Shown in pieces: positions 62,145-64,000 of a DNA stretch of 64,000 bases. The first letter of the stretch is position 1. Every line of letters starts with the position of its first letter. The notes under the pieces are model-generated. The model saw only the letters and a program-made list of their open reading frames with translations. It did no database searches and was not told the DNA's origin. The position numbers were made by a program, and so were the translations under genes. The stretch is taken from positions 22,959 through 86,958 of the forward strand of contig JASJAW010000017.1 in the NCBI GenBank assembly GCA_030066795.1, in the 5' to 3' direction. Source of the stretch: Dinoroseobacter sp. (GTDB lineage: Bacteria > Pseudomonadota > Alphaproteobacteria > Rhodobacterales > Rhodobacteraceae).

Positions 62145-63028
62145 TTGAAGGGTTTAGGCAAAGTTTTGTTCACACGAACGGTCTGCGATTGTCTGTGCAC
62201 CGCGCAGGTGCTGGGTCTCCGTTGATCCTGCTGCATGGCTATCCGCAGAACCACGCTTGTTGGGCCAAAGTTGCGCCCGAATTCGCCGCGCATTTCGATG
62301 TGATCGTACCGGACCTGCGCGGGTATGGTGACAGCGACGCGCCGCCAGATGACAGCGACCACACGGTTTACTCGAAGCGCACCATGGCGCTGGATGTAGT
62401 CGGGTTGATGGATGCGCTTGGGTTAACCCGCGCGCACATTCTTGGTCATGACCGAGGCGGTCGGGTTGCCTATCGATTTGCACTCGATCATCCAGACCGG
62501 CTGGGCGCGCTCGGAATCATAGAGATTGTTCCAACCGGCGCGTTCTGGGCCAACTGGAATGCAGAGCTTGCCCACAAGGCGTATCACTGGACATTTCTCG
62601 CACAGCCTGCCCCCCTGCCAGAGCGGATGATCGGTGCGGATCCGGCTGGCTATATCGATTGGACACTGCGGAGCTGGACGCTGGCAAAAAGCCTTGCGGT
62701 TTTTTCTGACACGGCCTTGGAAGGCTATCGGGCGCAGGCTCGAGATCCCGCACGGATCCACGCGATGTGCGCGGACTATCGGGCAGGGGCAACGACAGAC
62801 CGCAAGATTGATGACGCCGATTTCGGCGCTGGACGAAAGGTCCGTGCGCCAATGATGTTTCTCTGGGCAAAGGATGGGTTTCCGGCGCAATCGGGCGATC
62901 CAGCGGGAATCTGGCGCAGCTGGGCGGAGGACGTGCGAGACGCCTCCTGCGTCTCTGGCCATTTCGCAATGGAAGAAGCGCCATCTGCTGTACTGGAAGC
63001 GTTTCTGCCGCATTTTCAGGCAGAATGA
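62141..63028 (+). CDS. Haloacetate (fluoroacetate) dehalogenase-like alpha/beta hydrolase
   Basis: LLHGYPQ, DLRGYGDS, GHDRGGRV, YHW.FLAQP, MCADYRAG, GHF; ATGA overlap with DUF1643. Confidence 0.85.
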   Translation: MIEGFRQSFVHTNGLRLSVHRAGAGSPLILLHGYPQNHACWAKVAPEFAAHFDVIVPDLRGYGDSDAPPDDSDHTVYSKRTMALDVVGLMDALGLTRAHILGHDRGGRVAYRFALDHPDRLGALGIIEIVPTGAFWANWNAELAHKAYHWTFLAQPAPLPERMIGADPAGYIDWTLRSWTLAKSLAVFSDTALEGYRAQARDPARIHAMCADYRAGATTDRKIDDADFGAGRKVRAPMMFLWAKDGFPAQSGDPAGIWRSWAEDVRDASCVSGHFAMEEAPSAVLEAFLPHFQAE

Positions 63029-63218
63029 AGGTGCACGAAGGTTTCGATCACTTGATTTTTATGGTCCACGTGACCGATGAAATATCGCCAAACGGCGTGT
63101 TGGATTGGAATATCAATGCCTTGGGCGTGTAACGGCTCTGAAAAGCTGAGTCTTTCTGAACCTTTTTAGGCCGGCAAAGCGCACTAGGGTTTGCTGCGAA
63201 CCAACAAAGGCCCCCCGC

Positions 63219-64000
63219 ATGCGCCCCTTTCTGATCGCCTGTTTTGCTGTCGCACTGTCCCTAATTGTCCTCCTTGGACCGACGGCGCATGCGGACGACG
63301 ATGGTCCCTACGTTGACATCTGGCTCTCTGTTGATCCGGTGAGTGGGCGCATCAACGCGAAGTCGTCAGTGCAACCAGCCGGGGAGGCGCTTGTTATCCG
63401 GCCGGCCGGCACATGGCTGAACGTTGATGAACTTCTTTATGACGGCAAAGAGCAGGAAAAGCCCGAAAAAGAGCTTGGCATGCGGCTTAGCGCAGGGAAG
63501 GACGGGATCGTTGAAATGCGAGCCTCGGGTCAACTGCCTCAAGTCGACCACCGGTTCGGATCTGCAGGTCTTTCTCCGCAGGGCGGGTACTTACTGGGGC
63601 AGGCCGGTTGGGTGCCTGAGATCGAAACTGCTGCGACCTATCGGATCACCTTGGAGGTTTCGAGTGGTTGGCGTGCTGCGATTACGGGACGTGTTCTTCG
63701 AGACGAGGTCGACGATGATGGCGTACAGCGCGTCACTGCTGTTTTTGAGAACGCGCTTGAGCCGCCGTCCGTGTTCTTTGGACCATACGACGTTGCTGTG
63801 AGCGAGGTCGGAGACCTGACGATCCGAACCTACTTCCCCGAAAGCCTTGCGTCGTTGTCAGACACCTATCTTGACGCCGCCGCAGGTTTTGTCGCGCGCT
63901 ATGATGCTGAGCTCGGAACTTACCCCTATGGCCAGTTTTCAATCGTCGCAGCGCCAATTCCAGTTGGACTCGGATTTGCGGGTTTGACCTATGTCGGAAG
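63219..64000 (+). CDS. Secreted M1-family aminopeptidase-like protein, N-terminal part (3' truncated by window)
   Basis: Hand-translated open frame missing from the ORF track: MRPFLIACFAVALSLIVLLGPTAHA signal, ...GPY...YPYGQFSIVAAPIPVGLGFAGLTYVG; HEXXH lies beyond the window. Confidence 0.7.
   Translation, partial: MRPFLIACFAVALSLIVLLGPTAHADDDGPYVDIWLSVDPVSGRINAKSSVQPAGEALVIRPAGTWLNVDELLYDGKEQEKPEKELGMRLSAGKDGIVEMRASGQLPQVDHRFGSAGLSPQGGYLLGQAGWVPEIETAATYRITLEVSSGWRAAITGRVLRDEVDDDGVQRVTAVFENALEPPSVFFGPYDVAVSEVGDLTIRTYFPESLASLSDTYLDAAAGFVARYDAELGTYPYGQFSIVAAPIPVGLGFAGLTYVG

Overview
A 64-kb, high-GC, gene-dense stretch of core chromosome, most likely from a Rhodobacteraceae/Roseobacter-type alphaproteobacterium (inferred from protein families, gene order and a GAAC-N7-GAAC SOS box). 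About 67 CDSs. Envelope and division: gpmI-envC-ctpA, zapE, ompA-like, mlaA/mlaC, PBP1A, slt. RNA and translation: rppH, rsmD, map, smpB, trmO-like, split mnmC. Metabolism: frmA, fadH, ilvD, accD-folC, dapA, cobO, sseA plus aminotransferase. Nitrogen: glnK-amtB. There is also a GntR-flanked sugar-acid cluster. I found no tRNA, rRNA, CRISPR array, transposase or integrase. The only clearly foreign segment is an AT-rich rhamnan-synthesis-F-like gene plus a decayed glycosyltransferase fragment at about 59.7-61.4 kb. The most notable observations are: (1) a LexA-boxed DnaE2 with no imuA/imuB, no OB-fold and no SRDF-type tail; (2) a DUF1643 protein with uracil-DNA-glycosylase-like motif order, translationally coupled to a fluoroacetate-dehalogenase-type hydrolase; (3) an OtnI/DenD-like cluster lacking OtnK/OtnC but linked to a glycerate 2-kinase, with a perfect FadR-type operator; (4) CCUCC-loop hairpins behind amtB; (5) a Thr/Cys racemase coupled to cidA-lrgB. 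All family calls are by eye from motifs; no database search was run.
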